From a virus, in the IMG/VR virus record IMGVR_UViG_3300034356_001231, positions 23,809 through 87,808 of that record: 64,000 nucleotides of DNA; one strand, written 5' to 3'. This document shows positions 55,201 through 64,000 of the stretch, in pieces. The position numbers and the translations under genes are program-made. The notes below the pieces were generated by a model that saw only the letters and a program-made list of their open reading frames with translations, did no database searches and was not told where the DNA came from. Position 1 is the first letter of the stretch; every line of letters begins with the position of its first letter.

Positions 55201-55941
55201 TTATCCAATCATGTCTACAGCTGGTAGCGAGTATGTGTAAATCATTTCACGCTCTAGATCTGCTCTTTCCTGAGTGGCTTCATCGTATATTTTTTGACCA
55301 TTAAAAGTCAGTCCACCTGGCATTTTCATACCTTCAAACTTCTTAAGGTTTTGACCCCATTGCTGTTTGATTAAACAAGCAGCATATCTTAGTAACCAAC
55401 GATCGCTCCAAGCATCAGTATAAACAGCAGGATCAACAACTTGATATGCTTCAACGATTAAATAATTACCCACAGCAACTTGATCCCAAGACATGTCGAT
55501 ATAAAGTCTATTAATGTGTCTATTGTATCTAAGTGGCTGTTGGCCAACTAGCATCTGTTCTAGAAACTGAACATGATTCATGGCCATATAATATGGCACC
55601 ATAGAAACTGATGTTAAAGTGTAAAGATCATTCAACGCAATCTGGTAACGAATATTAAAAAGATTGTTTAAACCTAATGCAGAACCAAGAGGAAAAATGT
55701 TTACAGCTCCAATAATATTTTCTGGAAGCGTAATATACTTGTTGTCTATATCAGTTTGATCAATTTGTTTTTTGTAATATGTTTTTTCAGAACCATCAAA
55801 GTGATAATCCCAATAATATCTCAGAGCTTCGTCGATACGATCGGAAACTTGATCATCGTCAACGTTGATTTCAATAACTGGTTTACCCAATCTTCGTAAA
55901 CAATTTTCAACAAATTCTGCTCTTGATGTTGGGATTGCCAT
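55201..55941 (-). CDS. gp13: Neck protein gp13
   Basis: LRRLGKPVIEINV, QWGQNLKKF, PGG.TFNG. Confidence 0.93.
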   Translation of the reverse strand: MAIPTSRAEFVENCLRRLGKPVIEINVDDDQVSDRIDEALRYYWDYHFDGSEKTYYKKQIDQTDIDNKYITLPENIIGAVNIFPLGSALGLNNLFNIRYQIALNDLYTLTSVSMVPYYMAMNHVQFLEQMLVGQQPLRYNRHINRLYIDMSWDQVAVGNYLIVEAYQVVDPAVYTDAWSDRWLLRYAACLIKQQWGQNLKKFEGMKMPGGLTFNGQKIYDEATQERADLEREMIYTYSLPAVDMIG

Positions 55942-56145
55942 TTATTGTTCCTGATTTTCTGAGTAACTATTCCACTTAGCGAGCGGACATCTAGATTCGG
56001 GGAATATAGTTTTTAATTTCATAAAACAACCGCATTCTTTACATGTAAAAAATGTCTTATCGAATTTTTCGCATTGATTGCAAACTTCTAATCTTTCTTT
56101 AGATTTTTTACTTCTTTCTTTCCAAACTTCTTTAACGTCTTTCAT
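55942..56145 (-). CDS. Cys-rich small protein
   Basis: RL..C..C...C..CGCF...K.....CPL.KW. Confidence 0.75.
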   Translation of the reverse strand: MKDVKEVWKERSKKSKERLEVCNQCEKFDKTFFTCKECGCFMKLKTIFPESRCPLAKWNSYSENQEQ

Positions 56146-56147
56146 GA

Positions 56148-56717
56148 CTATTTATCAATCACAAGTTCGTTAAATAAATTCTGCAATTCTAATAATTGTG
56201 TTTTGTCTATTTTATCTAAGTCTTCGGGTCTAGTTTCTAATAATCCGTATTCTTTTATTTTTTTATAATATTTTGATAACAATTCATCAAAATTCTCAGG
56301 TTTTTTAATCCAATTATTAGAAGAAACAGACCAAACGTAATAATTGCCATCGTCAGGCGCAGAATACGGCGCATTCATAATTTTTCTCATGTTCTCATTA
56401 TAATCTTTTACAGATTGAATAGCTAATTGTATTATTTCTTCTTCAGAAAGCGATGTTATTTCGTAATGATCTGTCCATATTTCAGTATTGTATTCTTTAG
56501 ATAACTCCTCGTCACTAATATAATGAACAGAAGAAAGTTTTTGATGAATTGCGACGTCTGGTAATGGCTTTCTTATAAATCTAGCATAACCTTCTGGTGG
56601 ATTGTCAGGATCAAAATCTGAAAAAAGTAATCTCATGTTCCATTCTGCAATCGGGTGCTCATATGGTTTATTGTTTTTAATTTGAATAAAAAATTTTTCT
56701 GTCATGTTTAACTCCAA
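56148..56717 (-). CDS. Hypothetical protein (possible fibre-associated chaperone)
   Basis: PDDGNYYVW motif; fibre-region context. Confidence 0.6.
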   Translation of the reverse strand: MELNMTEKFFIQIKNNKPYEHPIAEWNMRLLFSDFDPDNPPEGYARFIRKPLPDVAIHQKLSSVHYISDEELSKEYNTEIWTDHYEITSLSEEEIIQLAIQSVKDYNENMRKIMNAPYSAPDDGNYYVWSVSSNNWIKKPENFDELLSKYYKKIKEYGLLETRPEDLDKIDKTQLLELQNLFNELVIDK

Positions 56718-57424
56718 GATATCAAAACAGAACCATTGGCACCTGTTCCACCGGTGCCGCCGCCCCAGTCACGATTTCCTCCACCACCTGCGCCGCCCTG
56801 TCCTACTACTACTTGATAACTTGTTGACCAAGTAGGATGACCCGCTGTAGAATTGAAAGTCCAAGATTTAGTCTGTCTATTTCCTGTACCACCCGACCGG
56901 CCGCCGCATCCACCATTAGGAGATCCACCAGCACCACCTGCGCCTCCGCCAGCGCCTTGATCAGTACCACCAGAACCAGTTCCGTTTCCTCCCCCAGGAC
57001 CACTTCCGCCGCATTCGGGTGCACTATTTCCACCAAACCCGCCTCCTCCAATTACTGGAGTTGAAGAAACAAATCTTGATTCTCCGCCATTTGTGCCAGG
57101 CAAACCAGGGCAATTGCCTAAAAACCCGCATGGGTAAAAAAATGTTCCGCCACCTCCACCGCCGCCACCAGCACCTCTGACATCAACATTTAATGTTTGA
57201 TATGGAAGAGTTAGAAATGTATACGTTCCAGGAGTGCTGTAACTATTACTTCCTGCTACAGGTTTGCCTCGTGCATTTGTCATACTTATCTGAGCTGCAC
57301 TAGTAGGAACATCTAATAAAATTCTAACATTAGTATCATTTAAACTTATTTGAGCTGTTGCATTGTTATAAACAATACTTGCAATGTCAGAAAATGATAT
57401 AGCGCCTGAACTAGGAGTTGGCAT
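56708..57424 (-). CDS. Glycine-rich virion/adhesin-like protein
   Basis: MPTPSSGAIS..DI N-terminus; GAGGGGGG and VGQGG motifs. Confidence 0.75.
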   Translation of the reverse strand: MPTPSSGAISFSDIASIVYNNATAQISLNDTNVRILLDVPTSAAQISMTNARGKPVAGSNSYSTPGTYTFLTLPYQTLNVDVRGAGGGGGGGGTFFYPCGFLGNCPGLPGTNGGESRFVSSTPVIGGGGFGGNSAPECGGSGPGGGNGTGSGGTDQGAGGGAGGAGGSPNGGCGGRSGGTGNRQTKSWTFNSTAGHPTWSTSYQVVVGQGGAGGGGNRDWGGGTGGTGANGSVLISWS

Positions 57425-60372
57425 TATTTATTCTCCAACATTTTTTTAAGTTCGTCAATTTGATTTTGTTGTTCTTTGATTGCTTCGATTAGAATTGCAA
57501 ACAAACCTCTATCGCGCAAAGATAGATAACCGTCTTCGCCTTCACGAACTAGATCTGGAAATACTTCTTGGACGTTCTGTGCAATCAAACCAATATCATT
57601 ATTGATACCAGCAAAATCACGTTCAGCGGTTCCTTTTTTCCAATTATAAGTAACGCCTTGAAGTCTTTTTACTTTATCTAGTGTGTTTGAAAATGGTGTA
57701 ATATTTTCCTTTAATCTTTCGTCAGAAACCGAACCAAATGCAGTAATATTACCATTGGCCACGAAATTACCACTTGGATCTAATGCGGCCTTTGCTGAAC
57801 CACCGGCTACAAAATAAACAGAGGCGCTAACAGAAGTACCCACAAAAAGACCAGAAGAATTTACTGCGATTTGGGCTGTTTGTGTATTTTGAGTAGCGTT
57901 TGTGAATTGTAATATAGCAGTATTTGAGTCACTACCACCGCCTGGATAAATTCTAATACCATAATCACCAGAGCCAGTCCTAAAAACTCCACCAAGACTG
58001 GTTATATTATGATGAGTAGCAAATACCGCTGAATTAATTATAACATTACCATTAGCTTGCACACTCATAACGTTAGCGCCACTAGAATTAGCAGCTACAA
58101 ACGGTAGACCGCCATTAGATCTAGCATAGACTCCAGTGCCATTACTTTGATTAAAGAAATATCCTGCAACTGAAGAAGAATCAGTTGTTGGTTGTGTGAA
58201 CCCTGCAACAGCCCAACCACCGCCAACATTGGCAGAGCCAAGAACGCCTATACCAGCTCCAGAAACTCCAAGAACAGCGAAACCATTAGCGTTGTATCCA
58301 CCAATAGCAGCTCCGCCTTTGTTGTTAGAATTATTAAATGTGTTACTATTATAAGTTACTGTTAGACCATTAATGTCTAGGTTAGTAGCATTACCAGAAG
58401 GTCCAGCAATAGTTACCAAAGCATTAGGGGTAGCAGTACCAATACCAATATTACCGTTAGCTGAAATACTCATAAATTCTACAGTATTATTAGCAGCAAC
58501 GAATGGTCTACCAGTTCTGGATTGAGCGTAAACACCAACGCCAGCATTAGCTATACCTGCTAAAGCTGTTTCTGACCCAAAATAGGTTTGAAAATAACCA
58601 CCATATCCAGTATTAGCATAACCAGCAACAGCAACAGATGTTGTACCAAAAGTGTTAGATACACCAATAATTCCAGCAAAACCATTTTCAGTTTTGGAGT
58701 TCAAACCATTACCTGTATTGGATTGAAAATAACCAGCTCCTCTACCATCGGTGCTAATTACCGTAATTCTTTCGCCAGGAGTAGCAGTGCCAATACCAAT
58801 GCTACCATTACTAGCGATACGCATACCTTTGTTATCAGAAGACCATGGTCCAATGACCAAAGCGCCAGTATCAGCCGAACCATCAGAATATATTAAAGTA
58901 TGATCATTAGTTTGTACTAATGGATTCCAAGAGCCAACGGTCGACCGACTGTTCAACATGGACCAATATAAACCTTCATCCAAATATATTTCGCCCGCAG
59001 AGGCTGCGCCCGAACTTCTGGTTATATGTAATCTAGTTCTAGGCGATGAATTGCTGAAACCAATGTTGCCATTAGCTTCAACAGACATAAATTCTACAGT
59101 AGCATTAGAAGCAACGAAAGGTCTACCACCTGTTGAGGCCGCCGCTCTAACGCCAATACCATTACTTTGGTTAAGAAAAAAGCCTGCATGTGCAGAAGAA
59201 TTAGTTGTTGCATGAGCATAACCTGCAACAGCAACACCACCACCAGAGTTAGCAACTCCAACAATACCTATACCAGCGCTAGATCTACCAAGAACAGCAA
59301 AACCATTGGCGTTATACCCACCAATAGCAGCTCCGCCTACATTAGAAGAACTGGTGAATGTGTTACTATTATAAGTTACTGTTAGGCCGTTAATGTCTAG
59401 GTTAGTAGCATTAGTGGTTGGGCCTACAATAGTCACCAGAGCATTAGGGGTGGCAGTGCCTATACCAATATTACCGTTAGCGACTATTCGGGCTGCTGTG
59501 CCAAAAGTAGAAGTATTAGTTGACACTACTAGCGAAACAGCGTTTACTAAAGTAGAATTAGCAGTGAAAGAAGTACCAACTGTATGACTGGCTGCATTAA
59601 TGATTCCAGTGTAAACACCAGTAGCATTAGCAATTGTTGACGTTCCTACAGAATGTACTGCTGCATTAATTATAGGAGTATAAACACCAGTAGAATTAGC
59701 AATTGTTAATGTTCCTACAGAATGTACTGCTGCGTTAATTATAGGAGTATAAACACCAGTAGAATTAGCTATTGTAGAAGTTCCAACTGTATAAGAAGCA
59801 GCGTTTATACTAGTAGTATTGATTGAACCATTAACGACTAATTTAACTGCAGGGGTTGAATCGCCTATACCAATATTACCATTAGCTGAAATGCTCATAT
59901 ATTCTGCAGTATTACTAGCAGCAACGAATGGTCTACCGCCAAAAGATCTAGCATAGACTCCAGTGCCATTACTTTGATTAAAGAAATATCCTGCAATTGA
60001 AGAAGAATCTGCCGTTGAATGGGCGTAACCTGCAACTCCTTGACCGCCACCAACGTTAGCAGCACCAATAACGCCTATACCGGCCCCTGATTTACCAAGA
60101 ACACCAAAACCATTAGCGTTATAACCACCAATAGCTGCAGCACCAGTATTTACCGAACTAGTGAATGTGTTACTATTATAAGTTACAGTCAAACCATTAA
60201 TATTTAAATTAGTTGCGTTAGTGGTCGGACCTACAATAGTCACCAGAGCATTAGGGGTAGCAGTGCCAACGCCGACGTTGCCATTGGCAACTATATATAC
60301 TGAGTTACCTATTGTGACGTTATTAGTTCCGGTAACTAGACCATTTTTTACGACGAAATCTTTATCTGCCAT
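57424..60372 (-). CDS. Long tail fibre with a C-terminal S74 intramolecular chaperone
   Basis: GNIGIGT.TP repeats; SDERLKENI...G.IAQ.V..VFP..V. Confidence 0.88.
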   Translation of the reverse strand: MADKDFVVKNGLVTGTNNVTIGNSVYIVANGNVGVGTATPNALVTIVGPTTNATNLNINGLTVTYNSNTFTSSVNTGAAAIGGYNANGFGVLGKSGAGIGVIGAANVGGGQGVAGYAHSTADSSSIAGYFFNQSNGTGVYARSFGGRPFVAASNTAEYMSISANGNIGIGDSTPAVKLVVNGSINTTSINAASYTVGTSTIANSTGVYTPIINAAVHSVGTLTIANSTGVYTPIINAAVHSVGTSTIANATGVYTGIINAASHTVGTSFTANSTLVNAVSLVVSTNTSTFGTAARIVANGNIGIGTATPNALVTIVGPTTNATNLDINGLTVTYNSNTFTSSSNVGGAAIGGYNANGFAVLGRSSAGIGIVGVANSGGGVAVAGYAHATTNSSAHAGFFLNQSNGIGVRAAASTGGRPFVASNATVEFMSVEANGNIGFSNSSPRTRLHITRSSGAASAGEIYLDEGLYWSMLNSRSTVGSWNPLVQTNDHTLIYSDGSADTGALVIGPWSSDNKGMRIASNGSIGIGTATPGERITVISTDGRGAGYFQSNTGNGLNSKTENGFAGIIGVSNTFGTTSVAVAGYANTGYGGYFQTYFGSETALAGIANAGVGVYAQSRTGRPFVAANNTVEFMSISANGNIGIGTATPNALVTIAGPSGNATNLDINGLTVTYNSNTFNNSNNKGGAAIGGYNANGFAVLGVSGAGIGVLGSANVGGGWAVAGFTQPTTDSSSVAGYFFNQSNGTGVYARSNGGLPFVAANSSGANVMSVQANGNVIINSAVFATHHNITSLGGVFRTGSGDYGIRIYPGGGSDSNTAILQFTNATQNTQTAQIAVNSSGLFVGTSVSASVYFVAGGSAKAALDPSGNFVANGNITAFGSVSDERLKENITPFSNTLDKVKRLQGVTYNWKKGTAERDFAGINNDIGLIAQNVQEVFPDLVREGEDGYLSLRDRGLFAILIEAIKEQQNQIDELKKMLENK
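58117..59996. repeat. Internal direct repeats in the fibre gene
   Basis: Exact 53-bp repeat at 58117-58169 and 59944-59996; three copies of the ATPNALVTI..TN.DINGLTVTYNSNTF module; 23-aa (69-bp) tandem units near 59590-59800. Confidence 0.8.
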
Positions 60373-60457
60373 GGTTCCCTATCCCCTTGTTGGCTTTGTT
60401 TTTATAATATTTAGTCATATCCAAGGTTAGATTGCTCGCTCTATGTTGTAAATAGAT

Positions 60458-60703
60458 TTATTGTAATCCTAATGCTTCTTTCAATTCGTCAATAGTTAGA
60501 CCAACACGCTGCAGTTTTTCCTGAACTGTTGGTTCTGGTAATGATTCTGGTAATGGTTCAGGCTCTTCTGGTTTGTTACCTTTTTTTAACCATGCCTGAT
60601 ATTCTGCCCATTCTTCTGGATTATTGGGACCTAATATCATACCATCTGTTAGTCTTACAACCGCATTTGTATGGAGCCTTGATTTATAATTAAGTTTTGT
60701 CAT
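60458..60703 (-). CDS. Small fibre-associated protein
   Basis: EYQAWL..GN.PE, EKL..VGLT.DELK..LG. Confidence 0.7.
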   Translation of the reverse strand: MTKLNYKSRLHTNAVVRLTDGMILGPNNPEEWAEYQAWLKKGNKPEEPEPLPESLPEPTVQEKLQRVGLTIDELKEALGLQ

Positions 60704-61287
60704 TAGTTATATCCATATGCTCTTACTGTCCCTGTGATGTTTCCTGATGATGCATACATTTGAAATCCGGTTATAGCAACCGTTGATGCTGTATACCATC
60801 CTCCACCAATATACAAAGCAGTATATCCTGTCGTGTATGTCGGACCATTAACTTTGTAATCCCAAGTTTTATAAGTAGAACCCGTCACATTATAAAGATA
60901 CATAGTACCACATATACCAGATCCACCACTGGCTGTTGTAATGAAATATGACGGATAAGTCATTGTTAATTGTGTTGCTGACACTGAATGGAATGCACCA
61001 GTATTGGTATTGTATAAACCATAACCCATACTTTGATAACCAGCCGCTGCGTTGAGATATGCGCCGCCACCATATAACTGAAAATAAAGAGTCACCGACT
61101 GAGTTACAGGCAACAGATTTTCAAACACCAATTCGTAATTTCTATAACCAGAAAGAACAGTAGTAGCGAGAGAAGCGACATTCGTGCCGGTGATCGTAGT
61201 AACCAAGTTTCTTGATCCATTACCGGTTGCCACAATACTGTTATCCGGATATGTGATACCACTGGTGCCGTTTATAGTGATCGCCAT
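60703..61287 (-). CDS. Virion fibre-tip-like protein
   Basis: MAITINGTSGITYPD, ITGFQMY.SSGNI.GT...YG. Confidence 0.7.
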   Translation of the reverse strand: MAITINGTSGITYPDNSIVATGNGSRNLVTTITGTNVASLATTVLSGYRNYELVFENLLPVTQSVTLYFQLYGGGAYLNAAAGYQSMGYGLYNTNTGAFHSVSATQLTMTYPSYFITTASGGSGICGTMYLYNVTGSTYKTWDYKVNGPTYTTGYTALYIGGGWYTASTVAITGFQMYASSGNITGTVRAYGYN

Positions 61288-61291
61288 CTAG

Positions 61292-61702
61292 TTACTGCCC
61301 ACAAGTAAGCGTTAAAAGTTCTTCAAGAGTAGTCGTAGAATCCACTACCTGAGTAATGTTACGAAGGCGGTTCTTTTCAGCAACAATAGCAGTTGTATCA
61401 GCACCAGTCTCTAATGCCTTCATAAAAAGAACATCCTGTGCGGCCAACAATGGAGCACGTTCTGAACGAAGACGGTTCTTTGTGATCTCTTGGGCCTTAG
61501 TAAAGTTTACTGTTACTTCCTTAGCATCTATTTCCCAGGCATCAGTAAACTCTATATGCTCTGGAAGGTCAGAGGTATCAACAATACGAGCAAGATTACC
61601 TAGACCACCTTTGTCTAAAATCTCTTGTGCTGAAAATTCTTTGGAAGGCGAGGTGATAGCAACACCACCCTGTCCATTCTGTGAAATGATTACCTGTGTC
61701 AT
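61292..61702 (-). CDS. Tail-fibre assembly-like protein
   Basis: AWE, R.ERAPLL...D..FMKALE, K.RLRNIT. Confidence 0.7.
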   Translation of the reverse strand: MTQVIISQNGQGGVAITSPSKEFSAQEILDKGGLGNLARIVDTSDLPEHIEFTDAWEIDAKEVTVNFTKAQEITKNRLRSERAPLLAAQDVLFMKALETGADTTAIVAEKNRLRNITQVVDSTTTLEELLTLTCGQ

Positions 61703-61714
61703 TTTATCTCCTGA

Positions 61715-62119
61715 TTAGTTGGCCATGATACCAAAGTTTAATGAGAACGAGTCAACATACGTATCACCATTATTATCACAGTTATTGACTCTTGTTGTGC
61801 TTGTCGTTTTGGCACCATATGTATTACTTGCTGACAGCAATTCCGAGAATACGGCGGCGGCAGCAGTAGTACCGGAACCAGTATGAACCGTTGATCCAAA
61901 AACACAATAGTTAGCATCAGCTACGGCAGATGCAAAGTTTTGAGTATAATCGCCAGTGCCGTTTCTTGTAACAGAACTAAGGTTGAATGATGATCTTACT
62001 GTCGCACCACCTGCACCATTGGTATTTGACCATACTTTGGCGCTACCTCTAATAACAGTAGTGGCACTACCATTGATTGAACCATCAGATATTGTGGTTA
62101 CTGTTAATGTACCTGGCAT
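61715..62119 (-). CDS. Small fibre/adhesin-like protein (paralog of 62988..63383)
   Basis: RSSFNLSSVTRNGTGDYT.NF....DANY. Confidence 0.72.
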   Translation of the reverse strand: MPGTLTVTTISDGSINGSATTVIRGSAKVWSNTNGAGGATVRSSFNLSSVTRNGTGDYTQNFASAVADANYCVFGSTVHTGSGTTAAAAVFSELLSASNTYGAKTTSTTRVNNCDNNGDTYVDSFSLNFGIMAN

Positions 62120-62895
62120 TATACTTCCTTATCCAAATAGTCTGGCCAAACCGCTTCTAGTTCTTCTATCGTTCTGGCTGCTTCTAATTCTGGTAACTGT
62201 GTAACGTCTCTTAGTAATTGCTTACGGTTAGCAATGGCCTTTTGATCTTCTGGCGTTCCTCTTTCCAACGCTATAAAATATTGTGTGTCAAGTTTAGGAA
62301 ACAGTAGTTCTCTAGCCTGTCTCATTCTGTTCTTCCATATATCTTTCGCTTTATCAAGATCTATAGATATAAGTTGTTCTTCTGTATCTGATAGGCGCCA
62401 CGCATTTCTATATGTCTGGTCGACCGGTATATCTTCCCTTGTAACAATTCTATACATTTGTCGGTTATACTTGTAATCAGGATGCCATACTCTTGCTGGT
62501 ATGTCTTTCTTCAGAATATACTCAATGGCCTCTTCTTCTGTCATAGGGCCAATTGGTTCTGGTAACAAGTATTCTTTATAATCTATAACCTTTTCGCCAG
62601 TGATCTTCTTTTCTAGGTATATCTGTTGTGCTTCGAAGAATGTTGTTACAATCTTTTCACCATCTTCGGTGGTCAATTCTAGTTTCATATTATGTTGGTG
62701 TTCGACCGAAGGAAGAATACCACCATGTAAAGCGCATGCCATCCATTCTGGTGCTACACATACCTCACATACTGGATGATCTGGATATGCAGGGTCTTCA
62801 TAAACAATAACATATTTGGATTGATATGGTTCAAGGTTTTCAGACGCCCAATGTAACCTGGTAAACATATCTACATTACGAAAATCTGGTGTCAC
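62119..62895 (-). CDS. Fibre assembly-like protein (C-terminus paralogous to 61292..61702)
   Basis: MTEEEAIEYILKKDIP, RNAW, KA..I.KNR.R..R, ALE, LRDVT. Confidence 0.7.
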   Translation of the reverse strand: MTPDFRNVDMFTRLHWASENLEPYQSKYVIVYEDPAYPDHPVCEVCVAPEWMACALHGGILPSVEHQHNMKLELTTEDGEKIVTTFFEAQQIYLEKKITGEKVIDYKEYLLPEPIGPMTEEEAIEYILKKDIPARVWHPDYKYNRQMYRIVTREDIPVDQTYRNAWRLSDTEEQLISIDLDKAKDIWKNRMRQARELLFPKLDTQYFIALERGTPEDQKAIANRKQLLRDVTQLPELEAARTIEELEAVWPDYLDKEV

Positions 62896-62987
62896 TTAGT
62901 TCTCCTTATCTATTAATTATTATATAAACTCTGAAAAAAACAGTTCAAGGGCCGCCAGAAAAATATATAAAGCATTTAATTATAATC

Positions 62988-63383
62988 CTATCTTACTAAA
63001 TTTGTAGAACAATATACAGGATCTCTAGCGCCACCGGCGCCATCGGATACAAATACTCTAACAAGACTTACGGTGAGTCCCCAACATATAGCTTGTCCGT
63101 CATTAGCAGGGCCAGTAGCTGTATTGGTAAACGAATAGTTAGCAACCGCAGAATAATTTGCATCATTAATCGCATTCGAAATATTAACTGTGTAATCTCC
63201 ACCACCATTTCGAACAGCACTGGAAACATTAAAACTCGCTCTAATAACAGCCGAACCTGTTGATCCGTTAAAGTTGCACCAACTTCTACACAACTGTCCA
63301 ATTTCAGTTCCACTGGTGTTCTGAAAAACTGTTGGCGTCGAAAGACCAGATTTAATCGTATCTGCTACTATTGTTCCTGCCAT
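62988..63383 (-). CDS. Small fibre/adhesin-like protein
   Basis: CRSWCNFNG, IRASFNVSS..RNGGGDYTVN...DANY. Confidence 0.72.
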   Translation of the reverse strand: MAGTIVADTIKSGLSTPTVFQNTSGTEIGQLCRSWCNFNGSTGSAVIRASFNVSSAVRNGGGDYTVNISNAINDANYSAVANYSFTNTATGPANDGQAICWGLTVSLVRVFVSDGAGGARDPVYCSTNLVR

Positions 63384-63411
63384 AATATTTCCTTTATATT
63401 ATTTATTATCA

Positions 63412-64000
63412 TTATACAATTGTCCAAGTGGAACCAGTTGGAACCGTAACAGTTACGCTAGTATTTACAGTAATAGGACCAGCTGACATAGCGTTTTTAC
63501 CAGTTGTTATGGTATAATTTGATGTAATGTTATTAGAAAATTCAATGAAAGCGTCAACGCCCATGTTACCAGCAACTTGTAGTTTGACTGCTGGTGACGT
63601 GTTACCAATACCAACGTTACCACTATTTAATACAGTAATATATTCACTAAACGTATTCTGTGATGTATTAGATGCTGGATATGCACCTATTCTAACAGCT
63701 ACAGTGTCTGATTTTCTACCATAGAGGGCTGTAGCCCAAGCGGTACTTTGTAAAGAACCAGTGTCTCCATAATGAAGTTCTGCACCAAAACCTCTGTCTG
63801 TCCAAAATGTAATACCAGCATTTCTAACAGTATTTGCTGTCGAAGCACCGCTTTGTACCTGAACGCCAAAAGTTGAGTTAGCAATAAAGTTAGATCCAAC
63901 TGTGTGACTAGCCGCATTAACAACACCAGTGTAAACACCAGTAGCGTTTGCGATGGTTGATGTACCTACTGTATGACTGGCAGCATTAACAACACCAGTG
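63412..64000 (-). CDS. Tail-fibre-like protein, C-terminal part (5' end outside the window; not in the ORF track)
   Basis: Open frame with TGVYTGVVNAASHTVG repeats, GNVGIGNTSP, and C-terminus NAMSAGPITV...VTVPTGSTWTIV*. Confidence 0.8.
   Translation of the reverse strand, partial: TGVVNAASHTVGTSTIANATGVYTGVVNAASHTVGSNFIANSTFGVQVQSGASTANTVRNAGITFWTDRGFGAELHYGDTGSLQSTAWATALYGRKSDTVAVRIGAYPASNTSQNTFSEYITVLNSGNVGIGNTSPAVKLQVAGNMGVDAFIEFSNNITSNYTITTGKNAMSAGPITVNTSVTVTVPTGSTWTIV

Noticed and set aside
1-64000. Stop-codon reassignment
   Set aside because: Core genes are intact in code 11, several genes end in TAG or TGA, and no suppressor tRNA was found.
57424-64000. Diversity-generating retroelement acting on the fibre repeats
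   Set aside because: No reverse transcriptase in the window, and the repeats are in-frame coding modules without an evident adenine-specific mismatch pattern.

Overview
64 kb of a large T4-like myophage genome, read in the standard genetic code. The host is probably an alphaproteobacterium (inferred). From 1 to 16.6 kb the genes are on the + strand: the 3' end of a class II ribonucleotide reductase, signal-peptide cell-wall enzymes, ClpP, a putative virion-packaged nucleotidyltransferase, and a contiguous NDP-heptose pathway (transaldolase, GmhA, HddA, GmhB, HIGH-family nucleotidyltransferase, GT-B glycosyltransferase, methyltransferase, preceded by SpeD), then rnh, phoH and an exonuclease. 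From 16.6 to 64 kb the genes are almost all on the - strand: a deaminase plus an array of 21 tRNAs (several atypical, including Thr-AGU) and one tRNA-like RNA; regA-62-44-45; a TET/JBP-centred DNA hypermodification cluster (TET, glutamine amidotransferase, amidoligase, GNAT, GIY-YIG/ParB fusion, aGPT-Pplase2, P-loop kinase, DUF3310, GT-A); def, 46, 47, 55, uvsW, uvsY, 3; the head-tail block 23 to 13; and tail-fibre modules. The best candidates for an undescribed system are the TET-initiated multi-step base-modification pathway and the hybrid heptose-nucleotide pathway, which may be linked. All family calls come from motif recognition by eye; no searches were run.
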